From assembly GCA_030390025.1 (NCBI GenBank), contig JASTWF010000033.1:2048001-2112000 (forward strand): DNA of 64,000 nt, read 5' to 3'. The position numbers and the translations under genes are program-made. This DNA comes from Squalus acanthias. Lineage: Eukaryota. A model generated the notes under the pieces. That model made no database searches and had not been told where the DNA came from. It worked only from the letters and a program-made list of their open reading frames with translations. Below, one piece after another: positions 50,601-63,317 of the stretch (positions within the stretch are counted from its first letter, which is position 1; every line of letters starts with the position of its first letter).

Positions 50601-53600
50601 CCCCGGTGTCCTGGGCCAATATTTATCTCCGGTGTCCTGGGACAATATTTATCCCCGGTGTCCTGGGCCAATATTTATCTCCGGTGTCCCAGCCAATATT
50701 TATCCCCGGTGTCCCAGCCAATATTTATCCCCGGTGTCCCGGACAATATTTATCCCCGGTGTCCTGGGCCAATATTTATCCCCGGTGTCCTGGGCCAATA
50801 TTTATCCCCAGTGTCCTGGGCCAATTTTTATCCCCTTGTCCTGGGCCAATATTTATCCCCGGTGTCCTGGGACAATATTTATCCCCGGTGTCCCAGCCAA
50901 TATTTATCCCCGGTGTCCTGGGCCAATATTGATCCCCGGTGTCACAGCCAATATTTATCCCCGGTGTCACAGCCAATATTTATCCCCGGTGTCACAGCCA
51001 ATATTTATCCCCGGTGTCCTGGGCCAATATTTATCCCCAGTGTCCTGGGCCAATTTTTATCCCCTTGTCCTGGGCCAATATTTATCCCCGGTGTCCTGGG
51101 ACAATATTTATCCCCGGTGTCCCAGCCAATATTTATCCCCGGTGTCCTGGGCCAATACTGATCCCCGGTGTCACAGCCAATATTTATCCCCGGTGTCACA
51201 GCCAATATTTATCCCCGGTGTCACAGCCAATATTTATCCCCGGTGTCCTGGGCCAATATTTATCCCCGGTGTCCTGGGCCAATACTTATCCCCGGTGTCA
51301 CAGCCAATATTTATCCCCGGTGTCCCAGCCAATATATATCCCCGGTGTCCTGGGCCAATATTTATCCCCGGTGTCCTGAGCCAATATTTATCCCCGGTGT
51401 CCCAGCCAATATTTATCCCCGGTGTCCTGGGCCAATATTTATCCCCAGTGTCACAGCCAATATTTATCCCCAGTGTCCTGGGCCAATATTTATCCCCAGT
51501 GTCCTGGGGCAATATTTATCCCCGGTGTCCCAGCCAATATTTATCCCCGGTGTCCTGGGCCAATATTTATCCCCGGTGTCCCAGCCAATATTTATCCCCG
51601 GTGTCCTGGGCCAATATTTATCCCCGGTGTCCCAGCCAATATTTATCCCCAGTGTCCTGGGCCAATATTTATCCCCAGTGTCCTGGGCCAATATTTAGCC
51701 CAAGGTGTCCTGGGGCAATATTTATCCCCGGTGTCCTGGGCCAATATTTATCCCCGGTGTCCTGGGCCAATATTTATCCCCGGTGTCCTGGGCCAATATT
51801 GATCCCCGGTGTCCTGGGACAATATTTATCCCCGGTGTCCTGGGACAATATTTATCCCCGGTGTCCTGGGACAATATTTATCCCCGGTGTCCTGAGCCAA
51901 TATTGATCCCCGGTGTCCTGGGCCAATATTGATCCCCGGTGTCCTGAGCCAATATTTATCCCCGGTGTCCTGAGCCAATATTTATCCCCGGTGTCCCAGC
52001 GAATATTTATCCCCGGTGTCCTGCACAATATTTATCACCGGTGTCACAGCCAATATTTATCCAGGGTGTCCTGGGACAATATTTATTCCCGGTGTCCTGG
52101 GCCAATATTTATCCCCGGTGTCCCAGCCAATATTTATCCAAGGTGTCCCAGCCAATATTTCTCCCCAGTGTCCTGTGCCAATATTTATCCCCGGTGTCCC
52201 GGGCCAATATTTATCCCTGGTGTCCTGGGCCAATATCTATCCCCGGTGTCCTGGGCCAATATTTATCCCCGGTGTCCCAGACAATATTTATCCGCAGTGT
52301 CCTGGGACAATATTTATCCCGGTGTCCCGGGCCAATATTTAGCCCCAGTGTCCTGGTCCAATATTTATCCCCAGTGTCCTGGGCCAATATTTATCCCCGG
52401 TGTCCCAGCCAATATTTATCCCCGGTGTCACAGCCAATATTTATCCCCGGTGTCCTGGGGCAATATTTATCCCCGGTGTCCTGGGGCAATATTTATCCCC
52501 GGTGTCCTGGGGCAATATTTATCCCCGGTGTCCCAGCCGATATTTATCCCCGGTGTCCCGGGCCAATATTTATCCCCAGTGTCCTGGACCAATATTTATC
52601 CCCGGTGTCCTGGGCCAATATTTATCCCCGGTGTCCCAGCCAATATTTATCCCCGGTGTCCTGGGCCAATATTTATCCCCGGTGTCCTGGGCCAATATTT
52701 ATCCCCGGTGTCACAGCCAATATTTATCCCCGGTGTCCTGGGGCAATATTTATCCCCGGTGTCCTGGGGCAATATTTATCCCCAGTGTGCTGGGCCAATA
52801 TTTATCCCCGGTGTCCTGGGCCAATATTTATCCCCGGTGTCCTGGGGCAATATTTATCCCCAGTGTCCTGGGGCAATATTTATCCCCAGTGTCCCAGCCA
52901 ATATTTATCCCCGGTGTCCTGGGGCAATATTTATCCCCGGTGTCCCAGCCAATATTTATCCCCGGTGTCCCAGCCGATATTTATCCCCGGTGTCCCGGGC
53001 CAATATTTATCCCCAGTGTCCTGGCCAATATTTACCCCAGTGTGCTGGGCCAATATTTACCCCAGTGTGCTGGGCCAATATTTATCCCCGGTGTCCTGGG
53101 CCAATATTTATCCCCGGTGTCCCAGCCAATATTTATCTCCGCTGTCCTGGGTCAATATTTATCCCCGGTGTCCTGGGCCAATAGTTATCCCCAGTGTCCT
53201 GGGCCAATATTTATCCCTGGTGTCCCAGCCAATATTTATTCCCGGTGTCCTGGGCCAATATTTAGCCCCGGTGTCCTGGGCCAATATTTAACCCCGGTGT
53301 CCTGGGCCAATATTTATCCCCAGTGTCCCAGCAAATATTTATCCCCAGTGTCCTGGGCCAATACTTAGCCTCAGTGTCCCAGCCAATATTTATCCCCGGT
53401 GTCCCAGCCAATATTTATCCCCGGTGTCCCAGCCAATATTTATCCTCGGTGTCCTGGGGCAATATTTATCCTCGGTGTCCTGGGGCAATATTTATCCCCG
53501 GTTTCCCAGCCAATATTTATCCCCAGTGTCCTGGGCCAATATTTATCCCCAGTGTCCTGGGCCAATATTTATCCCCAGTGTCCCAGCCAATATTTCACAG

Positions 53601-54285
53601 AATTTCACAGAATCCCCACAATGCAGATAGAGGCCATTTCGGCCCATCGAGCCTGCACCGACACATATCCCACCCTATCCCCGTAACCCTACGTATTTAA
53701 TCCCCCTAACACTAAGGGTCAATTTATCATAGCCAAATCAACCTAACCCGCACATCTTTAGACTGTGGGAATAAACCGGAGCACCTGGAGGAAACCCACG
53801 CAGACACGGGGAGAATGTGCAAACTCCACACAGACAGTCACCCGTGGCCGGATTCGAATCTGGGTCCCTGGCGCTGTGAGGCAACAGTGCTAACCATTAT
53901 GCCACCATGTTGCCCAGCCAATATTTATCCCCGGTGTCCTTGGCCAATACTTATCCCCGGTGTCTTGGACCAATATTTATCCCCGTTGTCCCATGCAATA
54001 TTTATCCCCGGTGTCCCAGCCAATATTTATCCCCGGTGTCCCTGCCAATATTTATCCCCGGTGTCCTGGGCCAATATTTATCCCCGGTGTCCTGGGCCAA
54101 TATATATCCCCGGTGTCCTGGGCCAATATTTATCCCCGGTGTCCTGGGCCAATATTTATCCCCGGTGTCCTGGCTAATATTTATCCCCGGTGTTCTGTGC
54201 CAATATTTATCCCCGGTGTCCTGGGCCAATATTTATCCCCGGTGTCCTGGGCCAATATTTATCCCCGGTGTCCTGGGACAATATT
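41660..54285. repeat. 25/26-bp minisatellite array (GGCCAATATTTATCCCCGGTGTCCTG)n, ~12.6 kb, with higher-order duplications
   Basis: Directly visible. The ORF track shows recurring near-identical blocks offset by 1058, 2060, 1791 and 229 bp. Confidence 0.99.
53596..53915 (-). mobile_element. HE1-like V-SINE (tRNA-derived head, V-domain, CR1-like tail)
   Basis: The minus strand starts GGGCAACATGGTGGC..TGGTTAGCACTG..GATTCGAATCC (A/B boxes), then V-domain GTGTGGAGTTTGCACATTCTCCCCGTGTCTGCGTGGGTTTCC and tail GATGGGCCGAAATGGCCTC. It is flanked by AGCCAATATTT at 53585-53595 and 53916-53926. Confidence 0.9.
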
Positions 54286-54286
54286 T

Positions 54287-57200
54287 AAGAAATAAGAAAG
54301 AAATAGGAGCAGGAGTAGACCAATCAGCCCCTCGAGCCTGCTCCGCCATTCAATGAGATCATGGCTGATCTGATCCAACCTCAACTCTAAAGAACACAAG
54401 AAGTAGGAGCAGGACCAGCCCACTCGGCCCCTGGGCCCGCTCTGCCACCCACAGGGCCTTGACCGATCCGAACTCAAACTCATGTCCAATTTCCAGCCCG
54501 CTCCCCGTAACCCCTAATTCCCTTTACTTCTAGGAAACTGTCTATTTCTGTTTTAAATTTATTTAATGATGTAGCTTCCACTGCTTCCTGGGGTAGCAAA
54601 TTCCACAGACCCACTACCCTCTGAGTGAAGAAGTTTCTCCTCATCTCAGTTTTGAAAGAGCAGCCCCTTATTCTAAGATTATGTCCCCTAGTTCTAGTTT
54701 CACCCATCATTGGGAACATCCTCACCGCGTCCACCTGATCAAGCCCCTTCAGAATCTTATATGTTTCAATAAGATCGCCTCTCATTCTTCTGAACTCCAA
54801 TGAGTAGAGTCCCAATCTACTCAACCTCTCCTCGTATGTCCACCCCCTCATCCCCGGAATTAACCGAGTGAACCTTCTTTGTACTGACTCGAGAGTGTAA
54901 GGGGTTCGGATGGCTCTGTGCTTAGCCTGGGTGCTAGTGCGGGGTTAGGCCTTGTTGCCTTTTCTTGTCTCCAGCCAGACTGGTAACACTAGACACCTGT
55001 GAGTGGTTCGACCCACTCGCCCTTACGGTTCAGACACTGGACTTAGGTGCGAGACCAGTAATGCAGAGAAAACTCAGGTAGACCCGGTTGAATAGTGCGA
55101 AATGGAAAATCTTTATTGCATATTGTTCAAGATTACGAAATACATGTCATAAGCACAGATTAATGACAGTACAAGCTTACATACATTTATGAAACTAGGT
55201 TTACGGAAACGAAGAGCGCACGACACATCGAAAAAGGGGACACACATTATAATTATCCTTAAAACGAAAACCCTCCCCTATTAATACCTGTCCTAATTTA
55301 GATCTGTAGGATCGAGAATCATGCTCACCACTCGCGATAACTCGGAGAATTCTAAAACGATGCTCGGATGTTTTCGCCACAACACCTGAATATTCACGTG
55401 TTGATCAGGGGTCTCTGTACCCCACTTGTTTACTCGCTTATGCTCCGGCTAGCAGGCTGGACCGTCTGCTGCCATGAAGATCTGTGTTGACCTCGGACTC
55501 CAGATAAAATTCAAAGAAGAGTCTTCCTGTGCCCAACACCGGTTGTCGGTAGAACTCGAAGAAAAGTGTTCTGGTGCCAGTTGTGGAGTAGCCAATAAAA
55601 TTCAAAGAAGTAATTAATCGATTTTCGGGCGCGGTCGGGGCTTACTGATCGCGGCGGCACGTGTAGTCATCTTCTTCTCTTCTCATCTCATCTCATCTCA
55701 TCTCATCTCCTCTCGGGCCTTCGGATCCAACACCGTTTACCGACCTCTCGGGATGGTGCGCCCGCTTGCAGGCCTTCGCAGACCAGCTCTCCACAGATCT
55801 TCGCGGCAAGCTACGAGGTTGACTCCCGGAAAATCAGCGGATCAGAGAATAAGAGTCAAGAGTCATCAGGGATAATAGGAATAAGCGCAAGAGAGCGATG
55901 GACGTTTGGACACTACAGTTATAGTACTGTAATTCCTTATCTCCCGCCCAATCTTAATGTTCATCTTTTGTCATGTTTTGGCGCTCAAACTTCTTGTATG
56001 GGGTGGTACTTGTCGTTAATGGGTTTCGGTGATACTTGTAACTGTCTGAGTACCCGTTAATATTTCTCCCATTGTGGAACCGGCTAGGAGTCTCCCTGGA
56101 GGGGTTTTGGGGAACTCCGAATTCTTGCTGTGAGTACCCGCGAACGGCTCTCTCATCGTAGAGCTGCGGGGAATTTGCGTATCAATGTCTTTGGATTGCC
56201 CAGTACAATAGCCCTCGTCTGTGCATGGAAAAACCGATTCCAGCACTTATATTTCTTGCTTAGGTGTTAAAAATGCAAAACGATCGCGTCTTGTCTTATA
56301 TCAATATGCTGAGTGCTGTCCGATCTTGCTGAAATGTTTATTGAAACGCCATCTTGTCTGCCCACTGAAAGTCTAGAACCTTCTGCCACGAGGCGCGGCG
56401 GCCATTTTACAGGCTTCTTGTGTCCGTTTTGAAACCTGACAGCATTTTGCTGAAATAAAGCTGTTTATACAAATCTGTATGTCTCTATCTCGTTATTACG
56501 AAATCGCGATAATTTGCGAATTCTACAAGAGCAAGTATGTCTTTTCTTAAGTATGGACACCAAAACTGTATGCAGTACTCCAGGTGCGGTCTCACCAATA
56601 CCCTATACAACTGCAGCAATACCTACCTGTTTTTATATTCTATCCCCCTAGCAATAAAAGCCAACATTCCATTGGCTTTCTTGATCACCTGCTGCACCTG
56701 CATACTAACTTTTTGATTTTCTTGCACCAAGACCCCCAGATCCCTTTGTACTGCAGTACTTTCCAGTTTCTCGCCATTAAGATAATAACTTGCTCTCTGA
56801 TTTTTCCTGCCAAAGTGCATAACCTCACATTTTCCAATATTGTATTGCATCTGCCAAATCTCTGCCCACTCACCCAGCCTGTCTATATCCCCTTGTAGTT
56901 TTTTTATGTCCTCCTCACTCTCTACTTTCCCTCCCATCTTTGTATCATCTGCAAACTTTGATATGTTACACTCGGTCCCCTCCTCCAAATCGTTAATATA
57001 GATTGTAAAGAGCTGGGGACCCAGCACCGAGCCCTGCGGAACACCACTGGCTACTGGTTGCCAGTCCGGGAATGAACCATTTATCCCAACTCTCTGCTTC
57101 CTGTTAGATAACCAACCCTCCACCCATGCCAGAATATTACCCCCAATCCAGTGATTTTTTATCTTGAGTAATAATCTTTTATGTGGCACCTTGTCGAATG

Positions 57201-58960
57201 CCTTCTGGAAGGCTAAATACACTACATCCACTGGTTCCCCTTTATCCACCCTGTACGTTATGTCCTCAAAGAACTCGAGCAAATTTGTCAGACATGACTT
57301 CCCCTTCATAAAGCCATGCTGACTTTGTCCTATTAAATTATGTTTATCTAAATGTTCCGTTACTGTCTCCTTAATAATAGACTCCAAAATTTTAACCACC
57401 ACAGATGTTAGGCTAACTGGTCTATAATTTCCAGCCTTCTGCCTACAACCCTTTTTAAATAAGGGTGTTACATTAGCAGTTTTCCAATCTGCCAGGACCT
57501 TTGCTGAGTTCAGGGAGTTTGGGAAAATTATTACCAAAGCATCCACAATTCCTACTGCCACTTCCCTCAAGAACCTAGGGTGTAAGCCATCTGGTTCAGG
57601 GGATTTATCCGCCTTGAGTCCCATTATTTTACTGAGTACCAATTCCTTAGTGATTTTAATCGTATTTAGCTCCTCCCCCACTAGAGCCCCCTGTTTGTCC
57701 AGTGTTGGGATATTCTTAGTGTCCTCTACCGTAAAGACTGAAACAAAATATTTGTTCAGCATTTTTGCCATCTCCATGTTTCCCACCATTAATTTCCCAG
57801 TCTCATCCTCTAAGGGACCTACGTTTGCCTTAACCACTCTCTTTCTTTTTATATAACTATAGAAACTCTTGCTATCTGTTTTTATGGTTTTTGCTAATTT
57901 ATTTTCATAGTCTATTTTCCCTTTCTTAATCAATCCTTTAGTTACTTTTTGTTGTCTTTTAAGACATCCCAATCTTCTATCCTCCCACTAACTTTGGCTA
58001 CCTTATATGTCCTTGTTTTTAGTTGGATACTTTCTTTAATTTCTTTACTTAGCCATGGATGGCTGTCATTTCTTTTTCATCCTTTTTTCCTCAGTGTAAT
58101 ATATTTGTTTTGAAAGTTGTAAAATAACTCCTTGAATGAACACCACTGCTCATGTACCGTCTTACCCTTTAATCTATTTTCCCAGTCCACTTTAATCAAT
58201 TCTGCTCTCATGCCATCATAGTCTCCTTTATTCAAGCTCAGTATGCTTGTTTGAGAACCAACCTCCTCACCCTCCAATTGGATATGGAATCCAACCATGT
58301 TATGGTCACTCATTCCCAGGGAATCCTTAACTAGGACATTATTAATTAATCATGAGTCATTACAAAGGGCCAGGTCCAAGGTTGCTTGCTCCCTTGTAGG
58401 ATCAGTTACATATTGCTCAAGAAATCCATCCCTAAGTCACTCAATAAACTCTTCCTCAAGGCTGCCCTGCCCAATTTGATTTGTCCAGTTAATATGATAG
58501 TTAAAATCCCCCATAATTATAGCTGTTCCCTTAATACATGCCCCAACTATTTCCTGATTAATACTTCTTCCAACAGAGTTGCAACTATTAGGAGGCCTAT
58601 ATACTACGCCCACCAGTGTTTTTTCCACTTATTATTTCTTATCTCTACCCAAACTGTTTCATTATCCTGATCTTTTGACCCAATATCATTTCTCTGTATT
58701 ACACTGATTCCTTCCTTTATTAAAATAGCCACCCCCCTCCCCTTCCTTCCTGCCTGATTGTTAAATACCCTGGCATATTTAATTCCCCGACGTTGTCACC
58801 CTGCAGCCATGTTTCTGTAATGGCCACAAGATCATACCCATACATCGTTATTTGTGCCGTTAACTCGTCGATTTTGTTACGAATGCTACCTGCATTCAGA
58901 TAAAGAACTTTCAAATGTGTTTTGTGACACTTACTTCCTGCTTTTTCCTTATTTAACACT
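54287..58960 (-). mobile_element. Near-complete CR1 ORF2 (APE endonuclease + RT) pseudogene, interrupted by a solo LTR
   Basis: LYLNAGSIRNK, AITETWL, VYRPPN, MGDFN, SDHN (endonuclease); QHGF, AFDKVPH, VPQGSVLGP, KFADDTK (RT); 3' tail at 54287. Confidence 0.95.
54896..56527 (-). mobile_element. Solo LTR (1632 bp) related to the 7229-8895 LTR
   Basis: TGTAA...CTACA termini, exact 4-bp TSD AGAG (54892-54895 and 56528-56531), and CR1 sequence continuous across it. AATAAA (minus) at 55112-55117. Confidence 0.93.
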
Positions 58961-58999
58961 TCCTGACATGCTTTCCTCCGTCTCCCTGTTCAGGTTCCC

Positions 59000-60060
59000 A
59001 ACCCCTTCGTCTCCAGAATGACTGTGCGGTGGTCACTGCTGCCAATGTTGTCATGGACAGATGCATCTGCGACAGGTAGATTGGTGAGGAGGAGGTCAAG
59101 TAGGTTTTTCCCTCTTGTTGGTTCTCTCACCACCTGTCGCAGACCCAGACTGGCAGTTATGGTCTTCAGGACTCGGCCAGCTCGGTCAGTATTGGTGCTA
59201 CCAAGCCACTCTTGGTGATGGACATTGAAGTCCCCCACCGAGAGTATATTCTGTGCCCTTGCTACTCTCAATACTTCTTCCAAGTGGTGATCAACATGGA
59301 GGGGTACTGATTCATCAGCTGAGGGAGGGCGGTAGGTGGCAATCAGCAGGAGGTTTCCTTGCCCATGCTTGACCTGAAGCCATGAAACTTCATGGGGTCC
59401 AGAGTCGATGGGCCACTCCTTCCTTACTGTATACCGCTGTGCCGCCACCCCTGGTTGGTCTGTCCTGCCGGTGGGACAGGACATACCCAGGGATGGTGAT
59501 GGAGGAGTTTGGGACATTGGCTGAAAGGTATGATTCTGTGAGTATGACTATGTCAGGCTGTTGCTTGACTAGTCTGTGGGACAGCTCTCCCAATTTTGGC
59601 ACAAGTCCCCAGATGTTGGTGAGGAGGACTTTGCAGGGTTGACTGGGCTGGGTGTGCCATTGCCGTGTCCATAGCCGGTGCCGAGGTCAATCCGTCCGGT
59701 TTTATTCTTATTACTGTTTCTTGTAGCAGTTAGTTACAACTGAGTGACATGCTAGGCCATTTCAGAGGGCAGTTAAGAGTCAACCACATTACTGTGGGTC
59801 TGGAGACACATATAGGCCAGACCAGGTAAGGACGGCAGATTTCCTTCCCTAAAGGACATTAGTGAACCAGATGGGTTTTTATGACAATCCGATAGTTTTA
59901 GGGTTACCATTACTAATACTATTAATTATTCCAGATTTATTTAATTAATTTAATTTAAATTCCCCAGTTGCCATGGTGGGATTTGAACTCAAGTCTGTGG
60001 CTCATTAGTCCTGGCCTCTGGATTACTCGCCCAGTGACATTACCACTACGCTACCGTTCC
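59000..60060 (-). mobile_element. 5' portion of a second LINE family (APE endonuclease) preceded by a tRNA-like/SINE-like head
   Basis: QPDIVILTESYL, LLIATYRPPS, VGDFNVHH, LDLLLTN, SDHRTV. Head at 59970-60060 has a B-box-like GAGTTCAAATCCC on the minus strand. Confidence 0.8.
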
Positions 60061-60069
60061 CGTTAAAGG

Positions 60070-60255
60070 GGAGGGAGCACCTGGGGCTACTGGCCGTAGC
60101 CTCTCCTCTGGTCAGTGATTCTCTGGTGTGGGGTGGGAGGAGATGACCGGGGCTGTTGGCGCTAGCCTCTCCTCTGGTCAGTGATTCTCTGGGTGGGGTG
60201 GGAGTTGATGACCTGGGCTGTTGGCCGTAGCCTCTCCTCTGGTCAGTGATTCTCT
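60070..60255. repeat. Three ~60-bp tandem units
   Basis: TAGCCTCTCCTCTGGTCAGTGATTCTCT repeated three times just upstream of the APEX1 exon remnant. Confidence 0.85.
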
Positions 60256-60285
60256 CTGAGACTGTCTGTGTATTCCCTGTTGCAG

Positions 60286-60381
60286 TGGGTGAATGCAGAA
60301 GCTCCTGACATCCTATGCCTCCAGGAGACCAAGTGTGTGGAGGAGGCCGATGTGGATCATCTACTCGGCACTTCTAGCTGA
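60286..60381 (+). pseudogene. APEX1: APEX1 penultimate coding-exon remnant
   Basis: Acceptor TTCCCTGTTGCAG, then WVNAEAPDILCLQETKC (human WVKEEAPDILCLQETKC). The sequence then degenerates to TGA at 60379-60381 and runs into a retroposon fragment, with no clear KEGYSG or splice donor. Confidence 0.85.
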
Positions 60382-60394
60382 AGAGGGTTGCAAA

Positions 60395-60820
60395 TGTCCA
60401 GTGGGACAGGACAGGGCAGGGATGGTGCTGGAGGACTCGCGGAACATTGGCTGAAAGGTATGATTCTGTGAGTATGACGATGTCTGTGGGACAGCTCTCC
60501 CAATTTTGGCACAAGTCCCCAGATGGTAGTGAGGAGGACCTTGCAGTGCCGACTGGGCTGGGTGTGTCTATGTCGTATCCAACGCCGGTGCCAAGTTCGA
60601 TGCCGGGTGGTCCGTCCGGTTTTATTATTAATAATAGCGGTTGTGTGCAACTGAATGGCTTGCTAGGCCATTTCAGAGGACAGTTAAGAGTCAACCACAT
60701 TGCTGTGATTATTCCAGATTTATTTAATTAACTGAATTTAAATTCCACAGCTGTCGTGGTGGGATTTGAACTCACGTCTCTGGATTCCTAGTACTGTAAC
60801 ATAACCAATATACTACCGTT
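60395..60820 (-). mobile_element. Shorter, internally deleted copy of the tRNA-headed LINE 5' end
   Basis: Shares CATTGGCTGAAAGGTATGATTCTGTGAGTATGAC, GGGACAGCTCTCCCAATTTTGGCACAAGTCCCCAGATG and GTGGGATTTGAACTC with 59515-60060. Confidence 0.8.
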
Positions 60821-60889
60821 CTCTGACAGGGGTGTGGTCCTTTCCGTCTCTCCCTGTTGGCGACAGGGATATCGCTCCTGTAATGGACC

Positions 60890-61710
60890 AATTCCAGTCC
60901 GGCAACACCTTCATTTAAACGTTGTCATCCTTGTGTTCAGGATTTTAAAATTCTCATCATGTCGGAAGGGTGTCAATGTGCTGCAGAGGAGGTTTGCCAG
61001 GAGTTACGGGGAGAAGCTGGGATTGTTCTCCTTTCGAGCTGAGATGGTTAAGGGGCAGGTCGAATAGAGATATTCAAAATTATGTGGGGGTTTTGATGCA
61101 GCAAGTATGGAGAAATGGTTTCCTCTGGCAAGTGTGTCAGTAACCATTGGTCACAGATTTAAAATAATTCGCAATAGAACTCGAGGGGCAGGAGAGTTGC
61201 TGTGATCTGGACCGCACTGCCTGAAAGAGGAGGCGCTGGGAATTTGCAGGGTAATGGGGATAAAGCTGGAGTGAGGGAATAAATTGGGGAGCTCTTTCAA
61301 AGAGCCGGCACAGGCACAACGGGCCGAATGGCCTCCTTCTGTGCTGTAAGATTCTATGAATCAAATCCCTCCATGGCCTCGCCCCCCTCCCTATCTCTTT
61401 AAACCTCCTCCAGCCCCTACAACACTCCGAGATCTCTGCGCTCCTCCAATTCTGGCCTCTTACGCAACCCCCCCGATTTCCATCGCTCCACCATTGGCGG
61501 CCGTGCCTTCAGCTGCCTGGGCCCTAAGCTCTGGAATTCCCTTCCTCAATCTCTCTGTATCTCCTCCTTAAAACCTACCTCTTCCACACAGCCTTTGGTC
61601 ACCTGCCCATCTGTTTTTGTGGCTCGGTGTCAAATTTGTGTCTGATTTATGCTCCTGTGAAGCGCCTTGGGACGTTTTACTACAATAAAGGCGCTGTATA
61701 AATGGGTGTT
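60890..61710 (+). mobile_element. L2 3' fragment with a nested degenerate CR1 3' end (~60960-61358)
   Basis: 61362-61700 aligns by eye to L2 21198-21560; CR1 tail GGGCCGAATGGCCTCCTTCTGTGCTGTAA at ~61320. Confidence 0.75.
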
Positions 61711-63317
61711 GTATATAATCCTATTAGACGAATCACTGCCTTGTATATAACCCTAATGGGCCAATCACTGCCATTGTATATAACCCGAATGGGCCAATCA
61801 CTGCCATTGTATATAACCCTAATGGACAATCACTGCCGTTGTATATAATCCTATTAGACGAATCACTGCCATTGTATAGAACCCTAATGGCCAACCAATG
61901 CCATTCTATATAACCCTAATGGGCCAATCACTGCCATTGTATAAAACCCTAATGGGACAAGCACTGCCATTGTATATAACCCTAATGGGCCAATCACTGC
62001 CAGTGTACATAACCCTAATGGGCCAATCACTGCCATTGTATATAACCCTAATGGGCCAATCACTGCCATTGTAAATAACCCTAATGGGCCAATCATTGCC
62101 ATTGTATATAACCCTAATGGACCAATCACTGCCACTGTGTATAACCCTAATGGGCCAATCACTGCCATTGTATATAAACCGAATGGGCCAATCACTGCCA
62201 GTGTATATAATCCTAATGGGCCAATCACTGCCAGTGTATATAACCCTAATGGGCCAATCACTGCCAGTGTATATAACCCTAATGGGCCAATCACTGCCAG
62301 TGTATGTAACCCTAATGGGCCAATCACTGCCATTGTATATAACCTTAATGGGCCAATCACTGCCATTGTATAGAACCCTAATGGGCCAATCACTGCCAGT
62401 GTATATAACCCTAATGGGCCAATCCCTGCCAGTGTATGTAGCCCTAATGGGCCAATCACGGCCATTGTATATAACCCTAATGGGCCAATAACTGCCATTG
62501 TATAGAACCCTAATGGGCCAATCACTGCCAGTGTATATAACCCTAATGGGCCAACCACTGCCATTGTATATAACCCTAATGAGCCAATCACTGCCATTGT
62601 ATATAATCCTAATGGGCCAATCACTGCCATTGTATATAACCCTAATGGGCCAATCACTGCCATTGTATATAATCCTAATGGGCCAATCACTGCCATTGTA
62701 TAGAGCCCTAATGGGCCAATCACTGCCATTGTATAGAACCCTAATGGGCCAATCACTGCCATTGTATAGAACCCTAATGGGCCAATCACTGCCAGTGTAT
62801 ATAGCCCTGAATGGCCAATCACTGGCAGTGTATATAACCCTAATGGGCCAATCACTGCCAGTGTATGTAGCCCTAATGGGCCAATCACGGCCATTGTATA
62901 TAACCCTAATGGGCCAATAACTGCCATTGTATAGAACCCTAATGGGCCAATCACTGCCAGTGTATATAACCCTAATGGGCCAACCACTGCCATTGTATAT
63001 AACCCTAATGAGCCAATCACTGCCATTGTATATAATCCTATTGGGCCAATCACTGCCATTGTATATAACCCTAATGGGCCAATCACTGCCATTGTATATA
63101 ATCCTAATGGGCCAATCACTGCCATTGTATAGAACCCTAATGGGCCAATCACTGCCATTGTATATAACCCTAATGGGCCAATCACTGCCAGTGTATATAA
63201 CCCTAATGGGCCAATCACTGCCGTTGTATAGAACCCTAATGGGCCAATCACTGCCAGTGTATATAACCCTGAATGGCCAATCACTGGCAGTGTATATAAC
63301 CCTAATGGGCCAATCCC
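61709..63317. repeat. 33-bp intronic minisatellite (CCCTAATGGGCCAATCACTGCCATTGTATATAA)n
   Basis: Directly visible; the 33-bp period yields 11-aa repeat ORFs on both strands. Confidence 0.98.

Noticed and set aside
41485..54356. Very long ORFs (up to 1517 aa) of WANIYPRCPGPIFIPGV repeats
   Set aside because: By-products of a stop-poor 26-bp satellite; they occur in all three frames and have no domain content.
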